NCBI RefSeq assembly: GCF_009914755.1
Contig: NC_060936.1
Direction: 5' to 3' (one strand)
From: the human T2T-CHM13v2.0 reference genome, Homo sapiens
Length of the DNA: 64,000 bases
Positions 1 through 17,270 of this stretch are shown one piece after another. The translations under genes were made by a program, and so were the position numbers. The notes under the pieces are model-generated. The model was not told the origin of the DNA. It saw only the letters and a list, made by a program, of their open reading frames with translations, and made no database searches. Position 1 is the first letter of the stretch. Every line of letters begins with the position of its first letter.

Positions 1-1030
1 TAAGTTGCATATTGCAGTAAAAATGATATTTCACAGTTCTAGCATATTTCTCATCTTGTTTAGTATAATACCATAAACCTTGAATAACATCATGGGATCT
101 ATACTAAGTGCCACTCGTGATGCTGTAAATGTTCCCAAGAAGGCAAGTTATGACAAAAAAACTTGAGTTGCTTAATATGTACCATAGATTGAGGTCTGCA
201 GCTGCAGTTGACCACCATTTCAAGATAAATGAATCCATCATAAGGACTATTGTAAAAAAGAAAAGAAAATTAGGGAAGCTGTGAAAGTGTCACTGACACT
301 TTTTGTGGAAGGTTTTTGAAAATGCAGTTTTATGTGGGTATGTGATTGTGAAAAGAAAAGCCTGTCTATAAACACTAATTTGATTTGAGAAAAAGTGAAG
401 TCATTATATGACAAGTTAAAGCAAAAGGATCTAAATCCACATCAGTAAAGGATTTAAAGCTGGAGAATTTAATGTCAACAAGGGATGGTGTGATGATTTT
501 AGAAAGACGTTTGGCTTAAAACAAATTGTCAAGATAATAGGAGAAGCAGCAGATGCTGATCAAGAGGCAGCAGACAAGTTCCCAGATGCTATTAAGAAAA
601 CTGTTGAAATGTAAGGGTATCTTCCTGAAAAAATTTTCAGTGCAGATAAAAGTGCCATATTCTGGATAAAAAAAAATGCCACAAAGAACACTTATTAATA
701 AGGAAGAGAAGCAAGCACCAGGATTTAAGGCAGGAAGAGATAGGCTAAGGCTACTGTTTTGTGCAAATTCAGTCAAGTTTATCATCAGAAATGTCCTTAT
801 CTCTAAAATTACTAACTCCTGGGCCTTGAAGGGAAAAGATAAACATCAGTTGCCTGCTTTTCAGTTGTACAACGAGAAGGCCTGGACAAGAACCCTTTTT
901 CTGGATTGATTTCATCAATGCTATGTCTGAAGTCATGAAGTATCTTGTCCATAAGGGGCTGCTTTTAAAGTTCTTTTGATATGATACTGGACAATGTGCC
1001 TGGCCATGCAGAACCCCGTAAGTTCAACAC
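1..1030 (+). mobile_element. Tigger3/Golem-like TcMar DNA transposon internal fragment with a decayed transposase
   Basis: ORF 676-909 (MPQRTLINKEEKQAPGFKAGRDRL..LFCAN) is a pogo/Tigger DDE transposase segment; bases 1-290 are homologous to 27030-27350. Confidence 0.8.
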
Positions 1031-1034
1031 TGCT

Positions 1035-2005
1035 TTAAAGAAGATGTACAGATAGCTAACAAGTGTATGGAAAAGTGCTCAACATTACTGATCATCAGGG
1101 AAAGGCAAATTAAAACCACAATGAAATGTCACCTCATACCTGTTAAAATGACTGCTATTAAAAAAAAAAAAAAGCCACAGGACAACAAATCTTGACAAGG
1201 ATATAAAGGGAACCCTTTACACTGTTGGGAGGAATGTAAATTGGTGCAGTCGCTATGGAAAATGATACGGAGGTTCCTCAAAGAATTAAAAGTAGAATTA
1301 CCATTTGATTCAGCATTCTGACTTTTGAGTATGTATCTAAAGGAATTGAAATCGGATCTCGAAGAGATATCTGTGCTCCTGTATTTATGACAGCATTATT
1401 CACAGTAACCTAAGATATGGAATCATTTCATCTCCATTAATGAATAAATGGATAAAGAAACTGTGGTACACACATACAATGGAATATTACTCAGCCTTTA
1501 AAAAGAAGCAAGTCCTGCCATTTTCTACAATGTGGATGGACCTGGAGAAAATTATCTTAAGTGAATTAAGCCAGGCAGAGAAAAATACTGCATGATCTCA
1601 CTTGTATGTGAAATCTAAAATAGTCAAACACAGAAGCAAGAGCAGGGGCTGGGTGGGAGAGAAATAGGGAAGTATTAGTCAAAGGGTACAAAGTTTTGAT
1701 TATACAAAATAAAATTTGGAGATATATTGTGTGTATAATACAGGGGCTATGATTCACAGTACTGTATTTTATACTTAAAAATTCCTAAAAGGGTGTATCT
1801 TATATTAAGTCCTTTTACTACAAATGGAGAAAAAAACAGGGAGGAGACAACTTTTAAAGGTAATGAATAAGTTTTTGGCATTGCTAATGATGCTGGCTTG
1901 ATGGTTTTACAGGTGTTGACTTATTTCCAAACACATGAAGTTGTATACATTACATATCTGCAGCTTTTTATATGTCAACCATACCTCAATAAAACAGTTT
2001 TAAGA
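1035..2005 (+). mobile_element. Old L1M (L1MB-like) ORF2 end and 3' UTR
   Basis: L1 ORF2 C-terminal motifs (caaattaaaaccacaatga, gttgggaggaatgtaaattggtg) and an L1M 3' end finishing cctcaataaa. Confidence 0.75.
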
Positions 2006-2319
2006 AAAGAAAGGGAGGGGAAAAATACATATCAGGTGTGAATTGTTCATTCATTAGAAACTAAAGAATATTTAGCCATGAATTGAGTGACTGGCCCATA
2101 TTAAGTACTCAATAAATATATATAAGATTAAAAATCCAAATTGTAAAAAGTCGAAACAGCAAATGAAGTGTGAAATGAAGCTGGCAAACCAGGCACAAGC
2201 AGATCATGTAGGATTTTGTCAATTGTACTAAGGATTGGGGTCTTAATATTAAAAGGAGAAAAGGGATTTGTTAAGGAGAAGAAGGATTTTTTAAACAGGA
2301 AAGTGAACTGATGAGGTTT

Positions 2320-2630
<311 letters not shown>

Positions 2631-3019
2631 TGACGAGGTTTACATTTTAAAAGATCATCATGGTTGCAGAATTGAAATTGGAATACAAGGGAGCAAGAGT
2701 GGATGTTGGCACACCAATCAAAAGACTGTTGTACCAGTCCAGGTAGTTTGGGATTGTGGAAATAGAGAATTTATAGATTTGAGGAAAATTTAGGAGATAA
2801 ATAAACAGGAATTTCTAAAACAAACTGAATGAGAAAGTGTCAGAGATGTCTCCAGAATTTTTTGACTTGTGTAAATTAATAAATATTAGTGCCAGTTATT
2901 AAATTCTGAAACTTCATGAGATCTAGATTTGTATTATGAAGTTAGTTTAATTTTACATATGTTGATTTTAAGGTGCCAATGAAATCTCCATTTGGAAATG
3001 GTGGTTAGGATATTGATAA

Positions 3020-6031
<3,012 letters not shown>

Positions 6032-6097
6032 AGGATATTGATAATGCAAAACTAGATCTCACAGAAGACTATAGGATTCCAGATATAATATAGGAAT

Positions 6098-6516
6098 GGT
6101 AATGGGTTGATAAATACCTCCCAAAAAGTCATGTTCATGAAGAACTTCAGAATATGACCTTATCTGAAAACTGGGTATTTGCAAATTTAATTAGTTAAGA
6201 TGGAGTCATCATACTGGATTGGGTAGGCCCTAAATCTAATGATTGATATCCTAGGAGAGTGCACACAGAGAGACACAGAGAAAACTGCCATGTGAAGACA
6301 GGTAGAAAATGACAAGGATTACTAGTAATCACCAGAAACTGGTAATGGAAGAAACAATGAAGTATTCTTCCCTAGAGCCTTCAGAGGGTCTGTGGCCTAG
6401 CCAACAGCTTGATTTTGGACTGCTGGCATCTAGATTTGTGAGAGAATTAATTTCTGTTGTCTTAAGCCATCCAGTTTGTGGTTATTTTGTTACTGCAGCC
6501 TGAGAAAACTAATACA
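6098..6516 (+). mobile_element. MLT1 (MaLR) solo LTR
   Basis: Typical end ...gttattttgttactgcagcctgagaaaactaataca; 5-bp TSD-like ggaat/agaat. Confidence 0.8.
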
Positions 6517-9339
6517 AGAATTATCATTGTGTATTACGGTATAGATAAGATATCCTAGAGAAGGTATAGTTAGGGGAAGAGTATAGGTAGTGCAAAGGTT
6601 ACAAATTGGCTATCACTGACAGAGGGTGCTCACAGACTAATTTTGGGCAATTTGGGCAATTTTATTATGCCCACCTTGTGCTTTAAAAAGCAGTAGGACC
6701 CAGCAGATGTGATACTTGGTTACCATACAAATAGGTTTATACCTATTACATCCTACCTACCACTTTATACATGTGTTTAACCACTGCAGGCATTTGAGTT
6801 TTTGAGCCTTTGTTCAAAGAAAGTGTTAAAGGGATGTGGGGAATGGCAAGAGAAAACCACAGGAACATTTCATAGGCAGATAGAATGTGATGAGTCAGCA
6901 AGGGAGTATAAAGAGAATTAAGGCCACAAATAAGAAAGAATGGCATTATGGAAGCCAGATGAAGAGATTGTTTAATGAATGAGGTATCAAGAGTTTCCGG
7001 AAATCTACAGTATTTTTTAACCCATTGTGTTTGTTCTCAGAGATTACGCTGTTGAGGGAAACAAGAGCTGCTGCTGACATGGTTAATGTGTGTGTTTTAG
7101 AAAGATAGTATTGCTCTTAGTATAAAGGATGGGCAAAAAGACCAAAACAAAGCGACTAAAGATTTAATGAGTAGGTATTGCATTACCAAGTTAGTAGCTA
7201 ATGAAGACTGAATATGAACAGGAAGTATAATTAAGAGGATGTATGTATAAGAATTTAGAATAATGGAAAATGGTTCTAAAGTTCAAGCTTGTTTAGTTAG
7301 GTGGATAATGATATTAACACAAGAAGGAATAACTAGTACAATCTCTAAGAGATTATTGATTCTAAAGCTTGCAAGAAATACTAAGAAATAGGATAGAAAA
7401 GAAGAGACTTCATCTATTCCAAAATTATGGAAGTGAGGCTAGGGGAAAGCAATTTGATTCACTGATAAAGGATGATTAATGCTTAATTTGATTAGATTTG
7501 AATATGGGTATATGAATGCAAAGAGAAGACTGATACATAAAAGTAGAAATGGTGAACTCTAACTTTGATTCAGGTCATATGAGGGAGCTTCAGTCCTCAC
7601 TGCAGACAGAATAAAACTAATGAAACAGATTCTGAAGATAATATTGAGGATCTACATAAAAGGCTTTGTTTGACTTTGAGGGTTTGCTGCCTCCTTATCA
7701 GTTGTTTGCATTTAACTCCATTAGATAAAGAGCAAAGGTGTGAGGCCACTGTGATCTCAGCCGCAAAGGAAACTGTTAACGCAGATTCAGAAAACTTCAA
7801 GATGGTTATGTAACCATGTGGTGTCCAGAGGAGTGATGTGTTTTCCTGTAGCTTTGAGCCAAGGCTGGCAGTTCCTGTAAACTGCAGTCGTATCTTAAAG
7901 TTCCTAGGTGTTTTGGATAGGAATTCAGGGATCCAGGTGCATCAAGGAAGACTGCCCTTCTGTCCTTCATACGTTGTTAAATATTTAAGAGGGAGCTCTC
8001 TTACACACAGGTTGAGTACCCTCTGTCAGCCTTTGTTGTGGTGGTAAATAGTAGCTTTATGTGTTCTAAGGGAGACCGTAACCCTCCTTCAGCCTCATAA
8101 TCTTCATCAGCACAAGTCAGGAAACATTTTTGAAGTAAGACCATCTTTTATTATGCTCCACTTCTCCAATCACAGCCCCATGGGCTCCAGGTGTGATGGC
8201 TCCCTTGCTGGCTTCCATCTGTATCACCTGGAAACAAGAGGGATCCCAGGAATCCTGTGTTTCTCTGCCCATATCTTCGCTTTATCACCAGAAATCAGTT
8301 GGGAAGCCCAGAACTCTGTTCCCATGGAAAAATTTTCACCCCATCTTCCCTCTACCACAACACTTACAGCTTCACCACTTTGTCTCTAGAACTCTGAGAA
8401 CTAATCCCATCATGCCTTTTATCCCTATTCATATTAGCTACCACCAGAGCCTGAGGACTCACAGCTCGTTTCTTATTCCTAGGACCCTAATCAAAGGTAT
8501 CTCCATAAGCGCTTGGTTTTTACTAAGTATCCCATTTTCTGGAATTCACAGTCAGTCATTATCAAAATTGCCTATATATACTGCCTCTTCTCTGAAAGTT
8601 TTTTTATTTTCCTACCTAATCAAAACCTAGCTCTTGTAATGAAGCACACTACCCATACTCCTCAAGCAGTGGATTTCTCTCCCACATTCCTTGTATGGAA
8701 TAAGCCTCCATACTTCTCATTGCTAATCGTAGACTGTGTGTGTTATCTAATGTTGTGTAAGAAGTCACCCCAAAACTCAATGGCTTATAGCCACAACAAT
8801 TATTTAGTATCTCTCATAGTTTCTGTGGGTCAAGAATTTGGGAGTATACTTGGCTATGGGTTTCTTGTATTAGATTTTTCCTTCTAATAATATACCCTTT
8901 CCAGTGTAGTGTATTTTTCATATATGCTGTACCCCTTTCAATCTAATGTTAAGTAGTATTTTTTCTAGTCCAAGTTTTCTTTAGATTATCACTGAGGGAA
9001 GACCTCTCTGCCTGGAGAGTAACTATATCCCACTGGAAGCTCAGTTTTTAAATTTTTGTTTCATATTTCATTAAATCTTCCTCTCATCCTTATGGCATGC
9101 TTCTTTATTAGATTTAAATCTCTGCTCAAATAGCACACCCTCAGAAAAAGACTTCTGTGTTAATTAGAACAGAGATGTTTTATGGGTATTCCTGAGATAT
9201 TGTTTCCCTTGTTCCCTGGGTTTCGCCTGTGACCACAATCATCATCTGTTTATTCTAGTGTGATATACAGATTTGCTATATTCCAAGATTGCTGAGCTAT
9301 AAAAAGTTTGGCAAACATTAAGATGAAGATTTAAATGTA

Positions 9340-9760
9340 AAATAGATTTAGGACCAAAGTAACAGTGACTTAAACAAGACACAGGGACATTTATATTTCA
9401 ATCCAGAGGTCAACAAGTAGAACTGCTCTAGAAGCTTTGTACCAAAAAGTCTTACAGGAACCGAAGGTTCTTCTGTTTTTTTGCTCTACTCTCTACTGCT
9501 CTTGTTTGCATGGTCTTAGTTTGCTTGGTACCGTGAACACATTCCAGACAGAAAAGAAATTAAGTAAGCAGGTAGGGGTAGAAAGTGTGGGTGAAAGAAC
9601 ATACCCCCCCATCCCTTTTAAGTACGTGACCTGGAATTTGCACATATAATTTCTGCCCACATTCAACTGGCCACAACCTAGTCATGTAGCTATCCTAGTA
9701 GTTGCATGGAAATCTGAGAATTGCAGCCTCTAGTCTCAGCAGTTGAGTTCTCTGTTAGTA
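9340..9760 (-). mobile_element. Old MLT1 (J/K/L-like) LTR fragment
   Basis: Motifs aacagtgacttaaacaa and ggccacaacctagtcatgtagcta..ctagtagttgcatggaaatctgagaa. Confidence 0.5.
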
Positions 9761-10119
9761 CTAGGAATAAGGAGAGAACGGATGGGTAAAGGGAGGAGTA
9801 GCTGTTTTATTGGTTAGTAATAAACCAGTTTGAATAAAATAGCACACCCCTGTCTCTCTAGCCCTTTACTTTTTACAGCGAGATCTGTATTTCTCTTTTT
9901 ATTTGTCAGGAAAAAAATAAAATACTTATTGTAACCCTTTCATTTAGCAATAATCATGTCTCACTTAAATCATAAAAGCTTCAGTAAAACCCAAACCAGT
10001 CTTTGAAGTCATCTTGGAAATAGAAGAAGTAGCCCAGAGTCCCTAGGACTTGGATAGGCTGCAAGGGCTCTATGAGTCCTATGCAATTGTAACTGAAATT
10101 GTTTGTTAATGTACATTTA

Positions 10120-10365
10120 TATAGCATGAGTGTTTAAGAGCATGAGTTCTGGATTCAGATTGCCTGAGTTTAAATTCCAGCTCTGCCTTGTGCTTGATTT
10201 GTAAGTAAGGCAATTGACTTAACCTGTCTGTCTGTGCTCAGTTCCCTATCTGGAACATGAGAATAATAGTATACCTACTTCACAGAATTGTTCTAGGAAC
10301 TGAAGCTAGTTAATACATTTAAAGGACTTACAATAGTGTCTCAATGTTAAGTGCTGTGTAAATAC
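10120..10365 (+). mobile_element. MIR
   Basis: Core cttaacctgtctg..ctcagttccctatctggaacatgagaataatagtatacctacttcacag. Confidence 0.75.
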
Positions 10366-10369
10366 TAGC

Positions 10370-11260
10370 ATTTTTATTGATACATAATATTTGTACATAT
10401 TTACAGGGTATATGTGATATTTTGATAAATGCACAGAATGTGTAATGATCAAGCCAGGGTATTCAGGATATCCATCACTTCAAGCATTTATCATTTCTGT
10501 GTATTGGGAACATTTCAAATCTCTTCTAGCTGTTTTTAAATATACAATATATTGTTGTTAACTATAGCTACCTTGCTGTGCTATCGAATATTAAAACTTA
10601 TTTCTTCAATCCAATTGTATGTTTGTACCAATTAATCTACCTCTCTTCATCTACCTCTCCCCACAGCACATATACCCCTCCCAGCCTCAAGTAACTGTCA
10701 TTCTACTCCCTATCTCCATGAGATAATATTTTTAGCTCTCACATATGAGTGAGAATGTGCAATATTTGCCTTTTTGTGCCTGGCTTATTTCACTTAACAC
10801 AGTGACTTCCGTTTCTACCCATATTGCTGCAAATGTAGGGTTTTTTTTTTTTTGACCAAATAATACTCTATTGTGTATATACCACATTTTCCTTACCTAT
10901 ATCTATTCATCTGTTGATGGATACTTAGGATAATTTCATATCTTTGCTACTGTGAATAGTGCTGCAATAAACATGAGGTTGTAGATATCCTTTTGAGATA
11001 ATTGATTATTTTCCTTTGGATAAATATCCAGTAATGGGATTTCTGGATTGTATGTATGGTAGTTCTGTTTTTGTTTTTTTGAGAAACCTCCATGCTGTTT
11101 TTCATATGGCTAGCTACATGATTTGCATTTCCCTGATGATTAGTGATGTTCAGCATTTTTTCATACACCTCTTGGCCATTTATATGCCAACTTTTCAGAA
11201 ATGTCTGTTCAGATCCTTTGGCTACATTTTAATTGAATTAGTTGTTTTGCTGTTGAGTTG
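10370..11260 (-). mobile_element. L1MA 3' end fragment
   Basis: Starts ttttattgatacataatatttgtacatatttac, the reverse of an L1MA 3' terminus. Confidence 0.8.
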
Positions 11261-12356
11261 TTTATTTGTATTATTATTTATATTCCTAGGGAGGATCGTC
11301 CATATCTTCCATCTGATTATCAGTAGGGTCTGTTATAAATTTTTATTTAATACCTGAACATCTGGATAGGCTATGATTGTAACATCTTTCTTAGGCTATG
11401 ATTGTAAAAGTTAAACTTGTTCTCTTTTAATCAAAAGTCATCTGATCCCTCATGGTACAGAAGTTTATTTAGGGGAAGCTATCCCAATTGCATTTTCTTA
11501 CAAAGCACCTTTTTGTTTTTATTTTATTTTACTTTTTATAATATAATATAAATTAATATTTATGTTTATCTCGACTTTTTTTTAATTGTCACTGGGTTTG
11601 TTTTAAATAAAATTTTCCAGGTCTTAATTTAAAATAGAAATTGCTTTTTTTTTCTTTTCAAAAACCCTGTGGAACTAATAGTTCTACATCAGAAATTTTA
11701 ACATCACCAAGTTGCATGTGTAACTATAAGTTGAGCAGTAGATATGTGATTAAGTAATGAACATTGATTTTTGTTTTTGTTGTAAAACATAGGTGCAATT
11801 GAGCTGAATTGGGTCATAGTTGAAAATATTACAGTCTGTTAGTATAATGAAGAAATAAGAGCCTGTACAGCTGTTCTTTTTCTGAAAGGGGAACATAGTG
11901 GCTAAAAGAAAAAATCTGATGCTTCAACATTGTTAGGAATGAATTTATATTGTCCTATAATAAATTGCCAAATGTCATATTTAATAAATCATTTTTAAAA
12001 AGTCAGACCAACAATAAATTTTCAATATCTCATTACTTATCTCCTATAGTTATATTGAATATCAAGAGTATTTGCATTTTAAATTGCTAAATCTTACAGA
12101 AATTGTTTTGGCAAATTGGTTGGTACCAGACTTGGAATTTAAACACAAAGCAGCTGTGTTGAGCAAATACCATTTTCATAACATTTGTATGCTTTCAATT
12201 AACAAACTGGAAGGAACTGTTAAACATCACCATTTCCATGTTTAACTACTGTTTTTACTTTCTCAATGACTGATTTGCTTTCTTGGTAGATTATTTATTT
12301 TAACTGAAAAAGAAAGAATTTTATTTAAATAATCCGTATTTTTCCCCCATCTGCAG

Positions 12357-12451
12357 AACGTACTCAGGAAAAGTGGGGATTTCCAATGTGCCACTATTTA
12401 AAGGAAGAGAGATGGTGCTGTGGTCGTAATGCCAGAATGTCAGCATGTTTG
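12357..12451 (+). CDS. METTL25: METTL25 internal coding exon (95 nt): (x)RTQEKWGFPMCHYLKEERWCCGRNARMSACL
   Basis: Acceptor tttttcccccatctgcag, donor TTG|gtatgg; 2+31x3 nt open frame that joins the next exon in phase 0. Confidence 0.9.
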
Positions 12452-13159
12452 GTATGGTTATATTTTTTCCTGGAGTAACAGCTTTATCCAGATGTTGTAG
12501 AATTTATTATTTTTGGCTAGTATCATGCATTCAATGCCAAATTTTGCAGAACATCCCATTAATGCTTTTGTGCATTGGAAATTATAAGAAAAAAATGACT
12601 TGCCCTTTAAACAATATCCACTCTACATGCAGTGTCATGATAAAATTATATATATTTTAATTATTAAATAAAATATAATGTAAAGTGTTCAATACTTTAT
12701 CCAACGCTCTGTGGTTTGTGTTTCTTTATAGCAGATCGTTTGGTTTCCTAAATTTTTATAGAATGGGAAAAATATTAAGCTAATTGAGATATGAAGTAAC
12801 TATCTAATTAAATAAAACATTTATTGTGCTGCATTTGACTAGTGCCCTCAGACCTAGAACACTCTAGCCCATAATGTTCTCTGTTCATGGCACTATGTCA
12901 GTTTACAAAGAAATGAGTTAAATAATGTAAGTGATTTTTGTGTTATCAGAAAATTAAAATACTGCAGCTATGTAGAATTAATAAATTTAGAGACCTAAAG
13001 TACAACGTAAGGACTATAGTTACTATTGTATTATATACTGGAAATCTTCTGAGTAGATTTTAGGTGCTCTTACTGCACACACACACAAACAGTAATTATG
13101 TAAGATGGTGGATATGTTATTAATAAATTGCTTACCTATTATAATCATTTCACTAGATA

Positions 13160-13500
13160 TAGATGCTGCTCAGCTTATGATGGGGTTATGTCCCAATAAA
13201 CCCTTCATACGTTGAAACTACAGACAAAAATGCACTTAATATACCTAACTTACCAAATATCATAGCTTAACTCAGCCTACTTTAAATGTGGTCAGAACAC
13301 TTAAACATTAACCTACAGTTGGGCAAAATCATCTAACACAAAGCCTGTTTTATAATAAAGTGCTGAATATCTCATGCAATTTATTGAAAACTGTATGGAA
13401 AGTGAAAAATAGAATGGTTGTATGAGTATTCAAATTATAGTATCTACTGAATGCATATCACTTTTGCACTATTGCAAAGTTGAAAGTTGGGAACTGTCTA
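13160..13500 (+). mobile_element. MER47-like (Tigger family) DNA transposon inserted in an L1M 3'-end fragment (~12990-13550)
   Basis: Termini agatgctgctcagcttatgatggggttatgtccc ... gttgggaactgtct in TA context. Confidence 0.75.
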
Positions 13501-16162
13501 TATATATATAAACATCATGTTGTATACTTTAAATTTATGCAATAAAATATTTAACAAAGTAAAATAAAATAAAATACAGTTGATTAAATAATATGTTTAA
13601 TGTCCAACTGCAAGATAAACCAATTCTTTTAGGACCCATTATTTCTATGCCTGTTACATAGCAATATAAGAAATAGTGTGCCAGTGTTCTAAGTTATATA
13701 CTAGAATTATCTTAGAAATGTATTTATGCTAACATAATAATTTCCTTTGGTAGCCCCACTTAAATTACTTTTCTGGAAATTTGTCTTGTTCTCTCACTCT
13801 CTAGTAAATGGTACTTGTTCAAGGTCTTGTTAGAATGACAGCTTCTTCTTGGGATAACTTGAGCATCAAAATGCTCATAGCCAGTGTTATACCCTTGACA
13901 AAAAAAGAGAGAGATTAGATTTAAAAAAAGAAAAAGCAACTGGGAAGAAATGTAGACTATCTAAAAGAAAAGAACTATGTAATATCCCTTAGAAAGACAA
14001 AAGAATAGATTGTATCCATAAAAAAGAATTATTTCTATTAAAATAAACATTCAGAGAACCAAAACGAATACTTTGGAAAATAAATTCTGTAAATATAGAA
14101 TTAGCAGACCATGCTGGCCTTAACTTGCCCTGATCAATGTCAGCTGCCCATGGAATGCCCTTCTCCTTAGCTCCATCCCAACCCATGTCCACCTTGTCTT
14201 ATTTTTTTGATTCCAAAGTAATGTTGGAAAATCTAAGGAACAATTCTTTTAATATATCTTATTTTATTGCCTTTCGCTCCATAACTGACATTTTTGAAAA
14301 ATATTCAAATCTTAAGTGGTCTTCTTTAAAAAAAAAAAAAAAAAAAGATACTTTGCTGGGTTTTCTGGGGAATGCTTTCAGATAAACAGTTAAGGATACT
14401 AACCAGACACAAAATATTAATTAAATTAGAGCAATATCATTAGCATATGTTAAGCCTGATAAAACTTCTAAATTATTCCAGAGTAGCATGAAATGAATGC
14501 TTGGTATGTTTTCTCATCCTCTTTGTTCATTGTTCAAGAATAGTATTAATGTTTGCAAAACACTTTGTAACCACCTACCTGATTATTTTTTATTATGTAA
14601 TCACAATTTATTATTTCTATTTCTAAATTAAGCTTATCAGCAACACATACCAAAAGCAGTCTTGGGGTATATGATATTTTTATGGACACCAAATCGCCTC
14701 TTTTTAAATAGTCTATTTTTTTTTAATTCAGTTTGGCCTTTAGGAAAATTTATAAGAAAAATCTAATCTGAAATTAGCACAAGGAGTACCATAAATGAAA
14801 ACTCATTGTTATCTTCAAGGATAAATCTGTTCTGGACCTGTTGCTGTTATCATAATATGAAAATTATGTAATAGCTGTCTCCTGTATTCGTAACATTCTA
14901 CTTGGCTGTAGATGTTCAGTGAAAGTATCCTTCAAGTAAATGGGAATATTACATTTTTTTTCTTCAAACCATTTCCGTGAAGCCAGTTTTCATGCAATGA
15001 ACTCTTTTTCCCACTAACTCCACATGGTGTGAGGGCATGTTAAACCAGGATTCAAATAACAGGTTTTTAGTTCTTGCTCAGTTCTTTGCTAACTAGCTAT
15101 GCAATTTGAGGAAAGTTAACTTATCTTGATAGTGATCTTGTGTATCTACAAAAATTGCTCTTATACTTATGAAAAGATATTGTAAATTATCTTTTCATTT
15201 TAAAAGTGTGTGATTTAGCTATATGTAAACAGTTTCATTTATGAAAATATAAAAACCTGAAGCAAATATGGGTATTTTAAATTTGAATAGCAAGTATATG
15301 CACATCTCTTATACATTTATTACTTTTCTGTGTTTGAAATGTTTCCTAATTTAAACTTTTTTAATAAAATTTAGCTAAAAATTATATATATTTGGAAATA
15401 TATCTAAAAACTCAAAGTTTCAGAATACTCTATTCCATATTTAAATTATGACAAATCTTTTATATATTTTGAAGTGTGAGTATTTATTATAAATGTTAGG
15501 AAATATTTTGTAAAAAATATTTTGGATTTTAAATAAATATAAATGCAAAAACCAGTGTATATAAAATTGTAAAAATATGTTTTACTTTCTCTTCTACCTG
15601 GTACTTGATCATATGTGAACTTGATTTGAATTTGTAGATCACACAGACCAAAAATACATATAGTTTTCCAAAATAAGTTTTTAATTATAATCTGGATTTT
15701 TTTTGTTCACTAAAAGATGAAATCATATGTTTATTAAAATTATGAGAAAATATGTTAAAATATATAAATATATCTATGTCTGTATATGTGCATAATAATA
15801 GTGTTGGATTTATTTGATTGTTTTAGCTACACTAAAAATGAACCAAGACTATGTCATTTCATTTCTTTCCTGTTTTCTAATTCCTTCTGAAATTCAAGGA
15901 CTGTATATAATTAGAATTGACATTCAAGGATATGTGTTTGTGTATATGACACACATCCATTATAAATTAGCTCTAAATTACACAAGCATATTAGTTAACA
16001 TTCTTTAATGATATTAACACTGTTAAGTGCATAAACTTACATATTATCACATAATTAATCTTTCTAAATGTCAGTTTTACAAACTCTTATACAGTGTGTT
16101 TATAAATCTTATAAGATAAGACTCAATATATCAACAATCTGTCTTGTTTTTTTCCCTTTAAG

Positions 16163-16192
16163 GCATTGGAGCGGGTTGCAGCTGGCCAAGGG
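16163..16192 (+). CDS. METTL25: METTL25 30-nt coding exon: ALERVAAGQG
   Basis: Acceptor ttttttccctttaag, donor GGG|gtaagt; phase 0-0; GC-rich island in very AT-rich surroundings. Confidence 0.88.
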
Positions 16193-17019
16193 GTAAGTAA
16201 GAGTGTTAACTGATGAACACGACAGTTTTTCTCTCAAGTACTCTTCATACTTGACCTGCTGATGAACTTAAAACCTAATGGAATTTAATAAATATCTTGT
16301 CCCAGATGCATATTCAAATTTGTGCATTTTCTGTAAGTTTACTTTAAAAGCAAAATGAACTTTTCAGAACTTTTGAGCTTTTAGGAAAATGTCTGCATTA
16401 TGCTCTTATACTACTCATTTCTTTGTATTATACTAAACAGTCTATAAATATTTCTGAAGAATGCTGTTGTTGACAATTAGGTTTTTAGGTGCTTAGTTCA
16501 AGCAAAGATAACCTATATTATTCAGTGCATTATTTTAACTATAGTCCAAAACACATACTTCAGTTGATTGTTTGATAAATTTTTTCTTTACTGACTTGAT
16601 TAACCATTAGTTGCAGTGGCCAAATGGGTTTGCACTTAGAGATAGAAGTTAAATATAATCCCCCAAATATCCATGTAATTGTCTTATCCTTTACCTTGTA
16701 TTCAGGAAACATTAAGATTTTTTTAAGAGTTTTTGGACCCTTTCATAAAATTTTTAAATTTAACCTAAAGTTTAGAAATATTTCTTTTGCTTTTGTTCAA
16801 GGAACATTAATGTGTCAATTTGAATTGTTAAAAATAATAATTTAAAAAATAATTTTAATAACAAGTATCATTTACTGAGTGATTACCCTGGGCCAGAAAC
16901 ATTGTTAAGCATTTTGTATGTAATTATCTTTTTAATATATACACTGTGCCTATCTTAAAATTGATAAAATCTGATTCTTTTGAAGGCATTAGTGTTAGAG
17001 CATATCATTTGAGTTTGGG

Positions 17020-17270
17020 GACTTTAAGTGTGTGGGACTTTAGTTACAAACTACTGGTTTGCATCATGTCTTTATCACTTACTAGTTCATAACCCTGGAC
17101 ACATGTCATCATTTCTCTGTAGCTTAATTTCTTTATCTGTAAAATAGGGAAAAAAAGTGGAGTGATAATAATACCTTCCTATAGGGTTGTTAGGATGAAG
17201 TGAATGAAAAATGTACAATGCTTAAAACAATGTCTAACACATAGTAATTGCTCAATAAATGCCAACTGTT
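17020..17270 (+). mobile_element. MIR
   Basis: Core ttctttatctgtaaaataggga...ataccttcctatagggttgt...ctcaataaatg. Confidence 0.7.

Noticed and set aside
676-909. Transposase-like ORF, possible domesticated TIGD-type gene
   Set aside because: Short, frameshifted on both sides and truncated by an L1; ordinary Tigger relic.
7606-7737. Possible extra METTL25 exon (ctcactgcag ... aag|gtgtga) with one open frame
   Set aside because: In the phase required by the 12357 exon it hits a TGA, the donor is weak, and I recognise no homology.
8153-8887. Overlapping 78-145 aa ORFs
   Set aside because: Low-complexity S/L/F/P-rich translations in pyrimidine-rich, partly repeat-derived DNA with no recognisable domain.
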